Part shown: piece by piece, positions 8,538 to 18,085 of the stretch
Layout: each line of letters opens with the position of its first letter
Position numbering within the stretch: position 1 is the stretch's first letter
Source: Candidatus Eiseniibacteriota bacterium
Lineage (GTDB): Bacteria; Eisenbacteria; RBG-16-71-46; CAZAMP01
Length of the DNA stretch: 64,000 bases
NCBI GenBank assembly: GCA_965224245.1
Contig: OZ245046.1
Coordinates: forward strand, 2,464,001 to 2,528,000
Direction: 5' to 3'
Translations under genes and position numbers: made by a program
Notes under the pieces: generated by a model
The model's input: only the letters and a program-made list of their open reading frames with translations
Told to the model about the DNA's origin: nothing
Databases searched by the model: none

Positions 8538-9686
8538 CTACTCGCCGAACCAGCGCGACAGCCGCTCGGACTCGAACCGCCGCTTCGCCTCGGCGTGCTC
8601 GGCGGAGACCGACCCGAGCGCGATCTCGGGCTCGGGCTGCGCGAAGAAGTCTCCCTCGACCCGCGTCGCCGTCGAGCGGCCCATCTCGATGAAGCAGAAG
8701 CCCCGGCCGTCGAAAGACCCGGGCATCGCCCGGCCGAGACGGTCGGCGGCGATGGCGGCCGCCACCCGCCGACCCTGGAGCTCGGCGAAGAGCCCGGCCT
8801 TCGGAAGCGGGAGTCCGTTCGCGAGCTCGATCCGCGTGACGTCCCCGATCGCGAAGACGCGCTCGTGCTCGGTCTCGAGCGTCGCGGGTCGCACCGCGAT
8901 CCACCCTCCCGGTCCGGTGAGCCCCGACTCGCTGACCACGGTGGGGACCCGGTGCGGGGGCACCGCCATGATCACGTCGGCGTCCAGCGATGCGCCGTCC
9001 GCGTAGCGAACCCGGCCGGGCTCGACGGCGTCGACCTTCCGCCCCACCTCGAACCGGATGCCCCGCTCGGCGAGCCGTTCGCCGAGCCAGCTCGACCCCT
9101 CGGCGCCGGCGTTCGGGAGCAGCATCGGCTGGAGGGTCGTGACGTGAATCTCCGAGCGGTCACGGAGACCCCGATCCCGGAGGTGCTCGTCGAGGAGCAT
9201 CGCGCACTCGTACGGCGCCGGCGGACACTTGTACGGCGCACCGGCCACGACGATCGCGACTCGACCGCCGTCGAACGTCGCGAGCGCCTCGGCACAGGCC
9301 GGGATCGCATCGGCATCGTAGAGATTGTGTCCGTGCTCGACGAGCCCTGGCACCAGATCGGCGCGCGCGACCGCACCGAGGGCGACGACCAGGTAGTCGC
9401 CGTCCAGCATCTCCGCGTCGGTCCGGATCCGGCGAGCGACCGGGTCGATCGTCTGGACATCGCCGCGCACCACCCGGATCCCCCGCCCGGCCAGCGTCGT
9501 GCGCGAGCGCCGCCCCTCCTCGAGCGTGCCCAGGCCCACGAGTGCCCAGAGCTTTCGGAGGCCGATCATGAACGCGTCGCGGCGATCCACGAGCACGACG
9601 TCGTGATCGTCGCCCAGGAGGCTCCGGAGCTCGGTCGCCACCGTCAGGCCGCCGAATCCACCGCCCAGTATCAACGTGCGTGACAT
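8538..9686 (-). CDS. FAD-dependent oxidoreductase, sulfide:quinone oxidoreductase-like
   Basis: GGGFGG Rossmann motif; YKCPPAPYE; FAIGD...LPKAG; distal GFCFIE cysteine. Confidence 0.88.
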   Translation of the reverse strand: MSRTLILGGGFGGLTVATELRSLLGDDHDVVLVDRRDAFMIGLRKLWALVGLGTLEEGRRSRTTLAGRGIRVVRGDVQTIDPVARRIRTDAEMLDGDYLVVALGAVARADLVPGLVEHGHNLYDADAIPACAEALATFDGGRVAIVVAGAPYKCPPAPYECAMLLDEHLRDRGLRDRSEIHVTTLQPMLLPNAGAEGSSWLGERLAERGIRFEVGRKVDAVEPGRVRYADGASLDADVIMAVPPHRVPTVVSESGLTGPGGWIAVRPATLETEHERVFAIGDVTRIELANGLPLPKAGLFAELQGRRVAAAIAADRLGRAMPGSFDGRGFCFIEMGRSTATRVEGDFFAQPEPEIALGSVSAEHAEAKRRFESERLSRWFGE

Positions 9687-9843
9687 GCTGTCTCCTCCCC
9701 CGAGCGAGGTCGTCGTCGCTGCGCCGAGGTCGACCCGCCGTCGCGGTGCGGATGATACCCCCGTTGACGCCGGATGACATCGCCGCCTATCGTCGCGATC
9801 GATGCCGGCGAGCAGTGGGCCCCTCACCGGTGGAGACGGCTGC

Positions 9844-10353
9844 ATGAACCACCGCGACGACGACACGATCGCCCTCCCGGGCACGGGCGGGTGGGCCGTC
9901 CGGCCGACACGCGAGCCGGACCGCGAGCCGTTCGGCCGTCTGCTCTCGTCGGTCGGACTCCCCGAGAGCGGCTTCACCGACCAGTTCGAGCACTTCGTCG
10001 TGGCCGAGCGCGACGGCCACATCGTCGGCGGGGCGGGCGTCGAACGGTACGGCCGCGATGGGCTCCTGCGCTCGGTGGTCGTCGATGCATCCCAGCAACG
10101 GAGCGGGCTCGGGTCACGTCTGGTCGCCGAGTGCGTGACGCGAGCCGAGAGCGACGGGCTGGGCGCGCTCTACCTGCTGACGGAGACCGCACCCGAGTTC
10201 TTCGCCGCCCTCGGCTTCGTCCGGATCGATCGCGCGTCCGTGCCCGAGGCCATCGCGCGATCGAGCGAGTTTGCCAGCGTCTGCCCGGATTCCGCGGTCG
10301 CCATGATGCTCCCGCTGGTCACCGGCTCGACCGCACCCGATCGCGCCCCGTGA
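9844..10353 (+). CDS. GNAT acetyltransferase, arsenic-resistance ArsN2-like
   Basis: GLLRSVVV...QRSGLG, LYLLTETA.EFF and SSEFASVCPDSAVAM motifs. Confidence 0.85.
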   Translation: MNHRDDDTIALPGTGGWAVRPTREPDREPFGRLLSSVGLPESGFTDQFEHFVVAERDGHIVGGAGVERYGRDGLLRSVVVDASQQRSGLGSRLVAECVTRAESDGLGALYLLTETAPEFFAALGFVRIDRASVPEAIARSSEFASVCPDSAVAMMLPLVTGSTAPDRAP

Positions 10354-10389
10354 TCAACCGGTCACCGCTGATCGAGGCTCGGCCGCCGC

Positions 10390-10754
10390 ATGGCGCGGTG
10401 ACCGCCAATCCGGTCTCGCCGGGAAAGGACAGATCGGTGTCGACCCACCATGCCCCCGGCCGCATCGGCCGGCAATACCTCACGTCGAGGCTCGACGTCC
10501 TCCTTGCCGTCGGGGTCGCGACCGACTGCAGCTCGGGTCGCCACATGGGCGTCGAGTCCTCGCGACTTCGACGCGCGCGGAAACGGTGGCGCGCGGGATC
10601 GATCATGCCCCCGATGCCGTGGCCGGCGCACCGCGACGTCACGGACGAGGATCTGCACGCCATCTGGGCGTACCTGCGCACGGTGCCGGCCATCAGCAAC
10701 GGGGCGCCGCGGCCTGCGCCCCCCGGCGAGGGTGCGGCCTCGGCTCCGCACTGA
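10390..10754 (+). pseudogene. Degraded C-terminal remnant of a diheme cytochrome c (c553-like)
   Basis: GRHMGV...IMPPMPWPAHRDVTDEDLHAIWAYLRTVPAISN resembles the C-terminus of such cytochromes, but there is no CxxCH or signal peptide upstream. Confidence 0.55.
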
Positions 10755-10764
10755 CGGTCCCGGC

Positions 10765-11970
10765 GTGCCGAAGAACGCCACGATCGTCCTCTGCAACCGG
10801 CAGGGCGAGCTTCTCGGGGAGCTGGATCCGATCCGTGTCGAGATGCCGTGGTGGCAGGAGGTCTCCGACGTCGTCGCCGCGATCGCCGAGCGGGATCGGA
10901 TCCGGATCACCGTGCTTCGGCTTCTCCAGACGCGTCTGCCGAGCCCCACGTCCCCGAGCGACGCGAGCGACGTCACGTATCTCGCCGAGCTGGACCCGGC
11001 GACGTCGCCGCCTCGCCTGCGGAAGACCGCCTTCGCCAACCCGCCCCATCCTCTGCGATGCGACTACGCCGAGCCCGGAGGACCGACGGCCCTGATCGAG
11101 TGGGCGCGTACCGAGCTGGCCCACGCGGGGCTTCCGGAGACCGGCCCGCCGGCGCAGATGCGCACGTGGAACCTCTCGGCCATCTGGCGATTCGACACAC
11201 CCGGCGGACCCGCGTGGCTGAAGGTCGTGCCACCGTTCTTCGCGCACGAGCCGCTCTTGATCGATCACCTGACACCGGGTCCCGTCCCCGAGCTGATCGC
11301 GCACGCACGGGGTCGGAGCCTCCTCCGGCACGTCCCGGGACGGGACGTCTACGAAGGAGACATGGCCGCACGCCTCCGGCTCCTCGACGTGGTCGTCGGA
11401 CTTCAGCGCGCGAGCGTCGACCGCCTCGACGCGCTGACGGCGATCGGCCTCTTCGACTGGCGTACCCCGGCGCTCGTCGACCGGATGGCGAGGCTGCCGG
11501 CGTACGCGCGCGATGCGGATCGCGAGGCGGTGGAGACGCTCGTGGCGGGGATCGAGGATCGGCTCGAGGCGCTGGCCGCGTGCCGCTTTCCCGACACGCT
11601 CGTGCACGGCGACGCGCACCTGATGAACGCCCTTCTCGGTGACGACGGCGAGATCACGATGCTGGACTGGGGCGATGCCGGCGTCGGTCACCCGCTGTTC
11701 GATCTGGACGCGCTCGAGCGGTGGCGTCCGCCGGACGAGATCGCCACCGTGCGCGACCGACTCGTGTCGCTCTGGTCGGATCTCGTTCCCGAGCCGGACG
11801 TACGCCGGGCCATCGCGCTCTGCCGGCCGCTGGGCGCCCTGCGCGAGGCGCTCGTGTACGCGGGATTCGTGGAGAACGTGGAGCCCGACGAGCGGATCTA
11901 CCACGCCGACGACGTTCCGGCGGCCCTCGCCACCGCCGTGGAGCGCGCCGCAGCGGAGCCCACCGCATAG
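10765..11970 (+). CDS. Aminoglycoside phosphotransferase / choline kinase-like protein
   Basis: AWLKVVPPFFAHE; TLVHGDAHLMN; LDWGDAGVGHP kinase motifs. Confidence 0.88.
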   Translation: MPKNATIVLCNRQGELLGELDPIRVEMPWWQEVSDVVAAIAERDRIRITVLRLLQTRLPSPTSPSDASDVTYLAELDPATSPPRLRKTAFANPPHPLRCDYAEPGGPTALIEWARTELAHAGLPETGPPAQMRTWNLSAIWRFDTPGGPAWLKVVPPFFAHEPLLIDHLTPGPVPELIAHARGRSLLRHVPGRDVYEGDMAARLRLLDVVVGLQRASVDRLDALTAIGLFDWRTPALVDRMARLPAYARDADREAVETLVAGIEDRLEALAACRFPDTLVHGDAHLMNALLGDDGEITMLDWGDAGVGHPLFDLDALERWRPPDEIATVRDRLVSLWSDLVPEPDVRRAIALCRPLGALREALVYAGFVENVEPDERIYHADDVPAALATAVERAAAEPTA

Positions 11971-12095
11971 GTCCGACACCCTCATGCACGCCGGCCGGCG
12001 ATGAACCCGTTCACGTCGTCGGGCGCCCGGTCAGCGAGCCATGCCATGGCGGACGCCGTGCACGCCGACGCGGCGGCGAGCGTCGCCGCCGTCGA

Positions 12096-12674
12096 TCATC
12101 GCGCCGACGACCCCGACGGCGCATGGTCGGTGTTGCGAGTCGCCTCCGGATCGTCCGGGCTCGATGCAGGGGCCGGCATCTCCGGATCGGGACCCGGCTC
12201 GGCGAGCAGCGCGGCGAGCCGGGCCTCGAAGGCCTCGACGTCCTGCGGTCGGAACCCCTCGTGGCGGATTCGAAACGCACCGGTCCGGTCGAAGACGAAG
12301 GCCGTGGGCACCACCTCGAGCCCGAACGCCTTCGCCAGGTCACCCCTGGGATCGCGCAGGACCGGCAGCGTCACCTCGAGAGCCTCGATGAAGCGGTCGG
12401 CGGCCTCGGCGCGGCGGTCCAGGTTCACCGTGACCACGCGGAGTCCGTCGTCGGCACGCTCGGCGGCCAGCGTCTGCATCCATGGAAAGGACGAGCGGCA
12501 CGGCACACACCAGGATGCCCAGAAGTCGACGTAGACCACCTGCCCCGCGTACGGGGCCGGATCGTCGACCAGCGCGAGCACGGCGTCGAGAGAGGGCGCC
12601 GGCTCGTCGGCGGATGCGATGGAGGCTCCCATGGCGAGAGCGCACAGGACGGCGGCGGTGAGACGCGGGTGCAC
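12096..12674 (-). CDS. Exported TlpA-family thiol:disulfide oxidoreductase
   Basis: Signal peptide after AAAGGAG RBS and GTG start; VYVDFWASWCVPC; VVPTAFVFD. Confidence 0.9.
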   Translation of the reverse strand: MHPRLTAAVLCALAMGASIASADEPAPSLDAVLALVDDPAPYAGQVVYVDFWASWCVPCRSSFPWMQTLAAERADDGLRVVTVNLDRRAEAADRFIEALEVTLPVLRDPRGDLAKAFGLEVVPTAFVFDRTGAFRIRHEGFRPQDVEAFEARLAALLAEPGPDPEMPAPASSPDDPEATRNTDHAPSGSSAR

Positions 12675-12869
12675 GTGGGCTCCTTTCGCTCGGTGGACGA
12701 CACGGTCGCGAAACCGAAGGCGCGGCGTCACACGCGCGCGCGGCGGCATCGACGCCGCGGGGGCGCGTGCGAGTCGCCGTCACCGACCTGTTGCACACGA
12801 TCCCCCGAGGCGGGGTTCCCGCCGATCGCGGCGTCCTCGCGCTCGGACGCCGACCCCGTGGCGGGCGCC

Positions 12870-14300
12870 CTACCGCACGACGACGATCCGATGCACGGCC
12901 TGCAACAACCCGTTTCGCAGCCCGACGTGATAGACCCCGGGCGCAACCCGGCGTCCCAGGCGATCGGTGCCGTCCCAGAGCACGTCGCCGGCGGCGGTGG
13001 CGATCGGCGAGGCGATCCGCCGGCCCGACGCGTCGACGACGACGGCATCGGCGCCCACCAGCGCATCGCCGACGATGAGATGGACCGCGCCCCGCGTCGG
13101 GTTCGGCGTCAGCGACCGCAGCAGCACCGGGGAGGCCGGCGTCTCGGCGACCGAGATCAGCGGGTCGCCCTCGGCGACGTACACGTTCCAGCTCCCGCTC
13201 GAGTCGTCGCACCACGCAACCGCCACCTCGCCCCCGGAGTTCGTGGTCACCGACGGCTCGCGCACGTCGCGTCCGATCCCCAGCTCCTGATCGAACGTCC
13301 AGGTGCCCGAGAGATTCCAGGCGACGATCAGACGCTCGTCGACCATCGACAGCGACTCGTCCCAGGACTCGTGTCGCCACGCGAGAACCGGCCGTCCGAC
13401 CTGGGTCAGGTGCAGCCACAGCTCCTGCGGCCACTCGAACAGAGTTCCCGTGTGTCCGGTGCCGATCGCGTCGGCGTCGCCGAACGCGCCACCGGTCCCC
13501 GTCGCGACGCTCACCTGGTTGCACGGACACGTGGGCTGCTGGCCGTGCGCGGCCAGCGCCATGGTCCACGTGTTCGGGTCGACGGCGAGATCGAAGCGGA
13601 TACCGGCGCCCTCCATCACCGGCGATGCCGGCTGCCACGTGGTGCCGTCGAACTGGCGTCCCTGCACGCCGGGGAACGCCGCCCCCGTATCGAGCCAGGT
13701 CACCAGCAGTCGATCCTCGGCGTCGACCGGGCTCAGCTCGACGGAGAGTTCACCGATCGGATCGACCGCGATCGGTCCGGCCAGGATCAGCGGCGCGGAC
13801 CACCCCTCGGTGACGAGCTCGGAGAAGAGCACGTGGAAGACGCCGCTTCCCTCGTCCAGCTCGGCCCAGGCCACGTGGGGCCCCGAGGCCTTCGCGGGAG
13901 ACGGATCGATCGGCGTGCCGAGCCCGGCGCTCCCGACCACGTCGGCGTCGTGCCACGTCCCGCTCTTCCAGCTCCGGAAACGAACCTGATCGGCGTCGTC
14001 TGACCAGACGACGTAGATCTCGTTTCACCTGAGACAGGTGTAGTGGTCGAAGTCGTGCCCGACGCCCACGGTCTCGATTGGACCCCATCCCCCCTCGCTC
14101 TGGTCCTGGTGGAGGATCTCGTCGCCTTCCTGCCAGAGCAGGTGCCGGACGTCGAACGCGTCGGTCGTGAGGATGGGAGCCGTCGACGGGATCGGCGTCG
14201 TGGTGTGCTGGGTCTCGATCCACCCGGCCGCCACCGGCGACGAGACCGTCGCCAGGAGCGTGACGACCGCGGCGGCGCCGACGGGGCGTGGCGCGGGCAT
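12870..14300 (-). CDS. Predicted secreted selenoprotein (CxxU at 89-92) with propeller-like repeats and FlgD-like C-terminal domain (476 aa)
   Basis: ORFs 14025..14300 and 12870..13940 are in the same frame, joined by a single TGA: HYTCLR-U-NEIYVVWSDD. Signal peptide with GAGGAGG RBS; SECIS hairpin; C-terminal PNP...DASGRRI...WDGTDRLGRRVAPGVY. Confidence 0.85.
13994..14013 (-). promoter_or_regulatory. Bacterial SECIS-like hairpin for UGA at 14027-14025
   Basis: Minus strand CGTCGTCT-GGTC-AGACGACG: perfect 8-bp stem starting 12 nt after the UGA, GGUC loop starting at +20. Confidence 0.85.
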
Positions 14301-14560
14301 GGGGTCCTCCTCGGATAGTTGAGCATGCGAGTCGCGGGTCCCGGCCGGGGCCGCGCGAGGAGACCCGACGAGTGTACACCCCCCGCGCGATCGGGTCCGC
14401 CTCGCTCTCGACTACCCGCGTTCGCATCGGCGGGGCGCGCCCCCGCCCGCGACACGGCGGCCGGTGGTCTGCGATAATCACCCCCGTGCATCCACGAGAC
14501 CGCGTCGACGTCCCGGCGGCTCGCCGTCGCCGGCCCTCCCTCGAGCCCGGAGGCATCACG

Positions 14561-16186
14561 ATGATCCGCTCGACCCCGTACCGCGCCGGCGCCGCGCTGG
14601 CCCTGGCCCTCTTCGCAGCAACGGCCCTCGCCGACGACGTGAGGACGCATCTCGAGACCCACGACGGGGGCACGCGCGCGGTCGAGCTCGTGTCACCGGG
14701 CGGCGGCGGTGGCGGGGCCGACACGGGCACCGTCGCTGCGCGCGGGGGGATCGGCGTCGAGTGGCAGCGCACGCTGACCGATGCCGTGTACACGACGTGC
14801 GCGATCGTCGGCAGCCCGGTCACCGACGTGGCCGCGGGTACCGAGCTCAACCCCCCGCGTCAGGCCGAGCTCGTCCCGTCGGTGGGAGACGGCACGCCGA
14901 CCTGGTTCCATCCGGGAACCTCGTTCCGCGTATCCGCCTCCCGCGCCGGTGACGTGATCGCCGGCGTCGACTACGAGTCCGCGACCCAGACCGTCAGCGT
15001 GTACCGCTGGGCGCCGGACTCCAGCACGCCGCTCTGGACCGACACGCTCACGGGCGTGACGCCCGGCTCGTATCGCGCGATCGCGACGTCGGCCGACGGG
15101 TCGACCGTCGCCGTGCTCGTCTCGGTGCAGGCCGGGGGACCGTTCGCCCGGTGTCGCCTGTACGACGCGGCCACCGGCGCGCTGATCGGAGAGCACGACG
15201 GCCCGGCGGGGTTCGGACGCAACGTCTCCATCGGAGCCGACGGTCGATTCGTCGCGTTCATCGGGCTGGCCACCGCGTACGTCGTGGACCGGGACCTCGA
15301 CGCCATCCGCTGGAGCGGCAGCATGGGCGCGACCAACGATCCGATCGCGATCTCCACCGACGGCACGTACCTGGCCTTCGGGTGGACGAGCCTTCAGATG
15401 CGCGCGTGGAACGGCACCGACTACGCCCCCGCGTGGAGCATCGCCGGCGGCAGCTACCAGGTGAAGAGCGTCACGTTCTCGTCGGACAGTGGCACGTTCG
15501 CGGCCGGGTGGTATCGCTCCGACTACCTGCAGAATCGGATTCACCTGTTCGATCCGTCGAGCAGCACCCCGCTGTGGACGCACCTCGACACGCCGGGAAG
15601 CGGCGCGTACCAGGACATCCCCGCCGATCTCGCCCTCACGGCCGGCGGCGAGTATCTGGCCGTCGGATGCTGGGGGGACGCCGCCCACACGAACGACGAG
15701 ATCCGCCTCTACGGCCACGGCTCGCCCGACGCGCTCGGGTCGGTCGGATCGCCGGGCTCGATCTTCGACGTGGACGTGGCGCTGGACGGCGACGGCGTCG
15801 TCGTCACGGCATGCGGCAAGCACGTGCATGCGAACGAGACCGGCCGGGGCGGTGACCTCTTCTCGATCACGTTCACCGAGCCGGTGGCCGTCGGTGACGC
15901 ACCGGGACGACCGCTCGGGCTCGCGATCGACGTGGCCAACCCGCTCCGGGCCGGGGGACGCATCGTGGTGAGCACCGAGCGTGCGACCGACGTCGAGCTG
16001 ACCGTCTACTCGGCGACCGGCCGGCGTGTCCGGGCGCTGGGGTCGGGCATGTTCGACGCGGGACGCCACGAGGTCACATGGGACGGTCGCGACGACGCCG
16101 GGCAGGACGTGGCCGCGGGTGTGTACCTCGTCGAGGGACGGAGCCGAGACGGGAGCGTCACCGCGCGCACGCTCCTCTTGCGTTGA
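14561..16186 (+). CDS. Secreted WD40-like beta-propeller protein with FlgD-like C-terminal domain
   Basis: Signal peptide, repeated ISADG-type blades, YSATGRRVRAL...WDGRDDAGQDVAAGVY tail; GGAGG RBS. Confidence 0.85.
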   Translation: MIRSTPYRAGAALALALFAATALADDVRTHLETHDGGTRAVELVSPGGGGGGADTGTVAARGGIGVEWQRTLTDAVYTTCAIVGSPVTDVAAGTELNPPRQAELVPSVGDGTPTWFHPGTSFRVSASRAGDVIAGVDYESATQTVSVYRWAPDSSTPLWTDTLTGVTPGSYRAIATSADGSTVAVLVSVQAGGPFARCRLYDAATGALIGEHDGPAGFGRNVSIGADGRFVAFIGLATAYVVDRDLDAIRWSGSMGATNDPIAISTDGTYLAFGWTSLQMRAWNGTDYAPAWSIAGGSYQVKSVTFSSDSGTFAAGWYRSDYLQNRIHLFDPSSSTPLWTHLDTPGSGAYQDIPADLALTAGGEYLAVGCWGDAAHTNDEIRLYGHGSPDALGSVGSPGSIFDVDVALDGDGVVVTACGKHVHANETGRGGDLFSITFTEPVAVGDAPGRPLGLAIDVANPLRAGGRIVVSTERATDVELTVYSATGRRVRALGSGMFDAGRHEVTWDGRDDAGQDVAAGVYLVEGRSRDGSVTARTLLLR

Positions 16187-16243
16187 GCGATTGCGGTCAG
16201 CGTCGGCGTCGCGGCGGCGTCGTGGCTGCGCCGGTGCGATTCG

Positions 16244-16639
16244 TCAGCTCGCCGGCTCGTCGGCGCCGCGCGATGCGCCCGTGTTCGTCGAGTAGTGGGG
16301 CTGAAACAGCTCGACCGTGAAGTCGCCCGGCATCTCGAAGTGCGTCGAGAGCGCATAGCCCGCGTCGGAGACCTCGTCGGTGAATCGGACGCCGCGCGAC
16401 TTCAGCTCGGCCACCGTGCGATGGATGTCGTCGCAGTAGAACGAGATCTGTGCGGTCCCGGACGCCGGCGTTCCATCGTCGCGAAGCGGATGACATCCGA
16501 TGTCGGCCCTGGGAGCGTCGAAGATGAGCCACCCGCCGCCCGCGTCGACGTAGGAGTCGAACCCGAGCTTGTCCCGGATGAACGCGCGCAGCTCGTCGGC
16601 CTGGGACGTGAAGAACATCGTGTGCACACCCTTGATCAT
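16244..16639 (-). CDS. VOC/glyoxalase family protein
   Basis: LRAFIRDKLG, GGGWLIF, ISFYCDDI...ELKSRGV and VELFQP motifs. Confidence 0.88.
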   Translation of the reverse strand: MIKGVHTMFFTSQADELRAFIRDKLGFDSYVDAGGGWLIFDAPRADIGCHPLRDDGTPASGTAQISFYCDDIHRTVAELKSRGVRFTDEVSDAGYALSTHFEMPGDFTVELFQPHYSTNTGASRGADEPAS

Positions 16640-16812
16640 GACTCCTCCTCGTGTGTCTCGATCCCTCGGCTCGGCGCCGCACGCTCCCGGGTGTCATCGA
16701 AACCGATCCGCGGCTACACTCCATCCGGGGCGATCCCGTGTGCATGCCTCCGCGCGACCGCCCTCGTGTGGGACACGTCGACGTCACACACTCCTCGATC
16801 TCTGGAGGACAC

Positions 16813-18036
16813 GTGCGAGCTCGGCACACGATGTCGATCGCGGCACTCGCGATCCTCGGGGCACCGGAGGCGTTCGCCGCCGACCTCACGATCGAGGAAG
16901 AGGTTACGCGACAGCTGGCCCGGATCGCGACACTGATCGAGACCCCCGACGGTGCCTGGATCGATCCGTTCGTGTCCGACGGTATTCGCGTCGTGTTCGT
17001 GGGCGAGGAGGTGCACGGCGTCGCCGAGCATCTCGAGCTGAAGCGTGAGCTGGCGCGACGGCTCGTGACCCATCACGGCTTCACGCACGTGCTGTTCGAG
17101 GACGACGTGTACAAAGGCGACGCACTCGACGCGGCTCTCCGGGCCGATCCCCCGACCCGAGCCGCCGATGCGATGAGATCGTTCTTCTGGTGCTGGAACG
17201 TCACCCAGATCCACGCGCTGTTCGACCGGGATCCCGGCCTGGGGCCGCTGCCCATCATCGGCGGGATCGACGTTCAGACCGGCGCGTTCGCGTTGTCCTC
17301 GCTGGAGACCGAGATCGTCAGCGAGGAGCAGCGAGCGGCATTCGACCGGCTGGACGCGATCTTTGCCGGCGGGAACCGCGAGTACGCGGCGACGGAACCG
17401 GGCGAGAAGGCGGCCGACGCGCGCAGGATCGCCGACGCCGCGGCTCGGTTCACGACGCCGGCCGCGGCGCGCGTCTTCGCGCATCTCGGGCGCGTGCACC
17501 GCGTCCGATCGGCCGCCGCCGAGCACGGACCCCGCATGAAGGCGCGCGAGGCCGGCATGGCCGAATCGCTGATGGACGTTCTCGACGCCGATCCCCACCA
17601 TCGCGTGGTGGTGTTCGTCCACGATGCGCACGGGGGCTACACGCCGTTCTACGAGTCGTTCACCGGCGGCGTCGTGCCGGTGGCCGCGCGCGTCCGGGAG
17701 GAGGGCGCCGGCGTGCTGTCGGTCGGCGCCGTCTTCGCCACCGGATCGGTCCTCCTGGACCCGCGGGCGCGCGACGACGAGGGCGGCGCGATCCGGACCC
17801 ACGAGACGCCGCCCGAGGGCTCGCAGGCCGCGTTCTGGATCGGGATCCCGCACGGACGCTGGCTGATCGATCTGCGCTCAGCGGCGGTCTCCGGGAGCGA
17901 GCCGCTGCACGCGTTCCTCCATGCGTCCCCGGCCGGGTACTTCGAGAACTACGGTCCGGCGCGCCCGCTGGCCGACACGTACGACCTCCTCGTGGGATAC
18001 CGCCGGGTAACGCCGGCCACGCCGCCCGAGCCCTAG
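16813..18036 (+). CDS. Erythromycin esterase (EreA/B) family protein, probably exported
   Basis: VVFVGEEVHG, GFTHVLFE, FFWCW, GIDVQ, REAGMAE and VVVFVHDAH motifs. Confidence 0.8.
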   Translation: MRARHTMSIAALAILGAPEAFAADLTIEEEVTRQLARIATLIETPDGAWIDPFVSDGIRVVFVGEEVHGVAEHLELKRELARRLVTHHGFTHVLFEDDVYKGDALDAALRADPPTRAADAMRSFFWCWNVTQIHALFDRDPGLGPLPIIGGIDVQTGAFALSSLETEIVSEEQRAAFDRLDAIFAGGNREYAATEPGEKAADARRIADAAARFTTPAAARVFAHLGRVHRVRSAAAEHGPRMKAREAGMAESLMDVLDADPHHRVVVFVHDAHGGYTPFYESFTGGVVPVAARVREEGAGVLSVGAVFATGSVLLDPRARDDEGGAIRTHETPPEGSQAAFWIGIPHGRWLIDLRSAAVSGSEPLHAFLHASPAGYFENYGPARPLADTYDLLVGYRRVTPATPPEP

Positions 18037-18085
18037 TGACGGCGTCTTCGATCGAGGTGTCCCGACGCCACGACAGGACCCGGCG

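Noticed and set aside
12060-12098. Hairpin after the TlpA TGA stop as another SECIS
   Set aside because: The loop begins only about 14 nt after the UGA, the domain is already complete, and the extension has no redox motif.
11721-14003. Long alternative-frame ORFs (e.g. 760 aa at 11721, 640 aa at 41636, 663 aa at 52949)
   Set aside because: Arg/Pro/Gly-rich shadow ORFs typical of high-GC DNA, overlapping well-supported genes.
296-14300. Genome-wide UGA reassignment (code 4 or 25) as the explanation for the in-frame TGAs
   Set aside because: Many intact genes here (nhaA, nhaR, rarA, efp, miaE) end at TGA at their expected C-termini. The internal TGAs instead have SECIS-like hairpins, and three of the four sit in CxxU/UxxU motifs.
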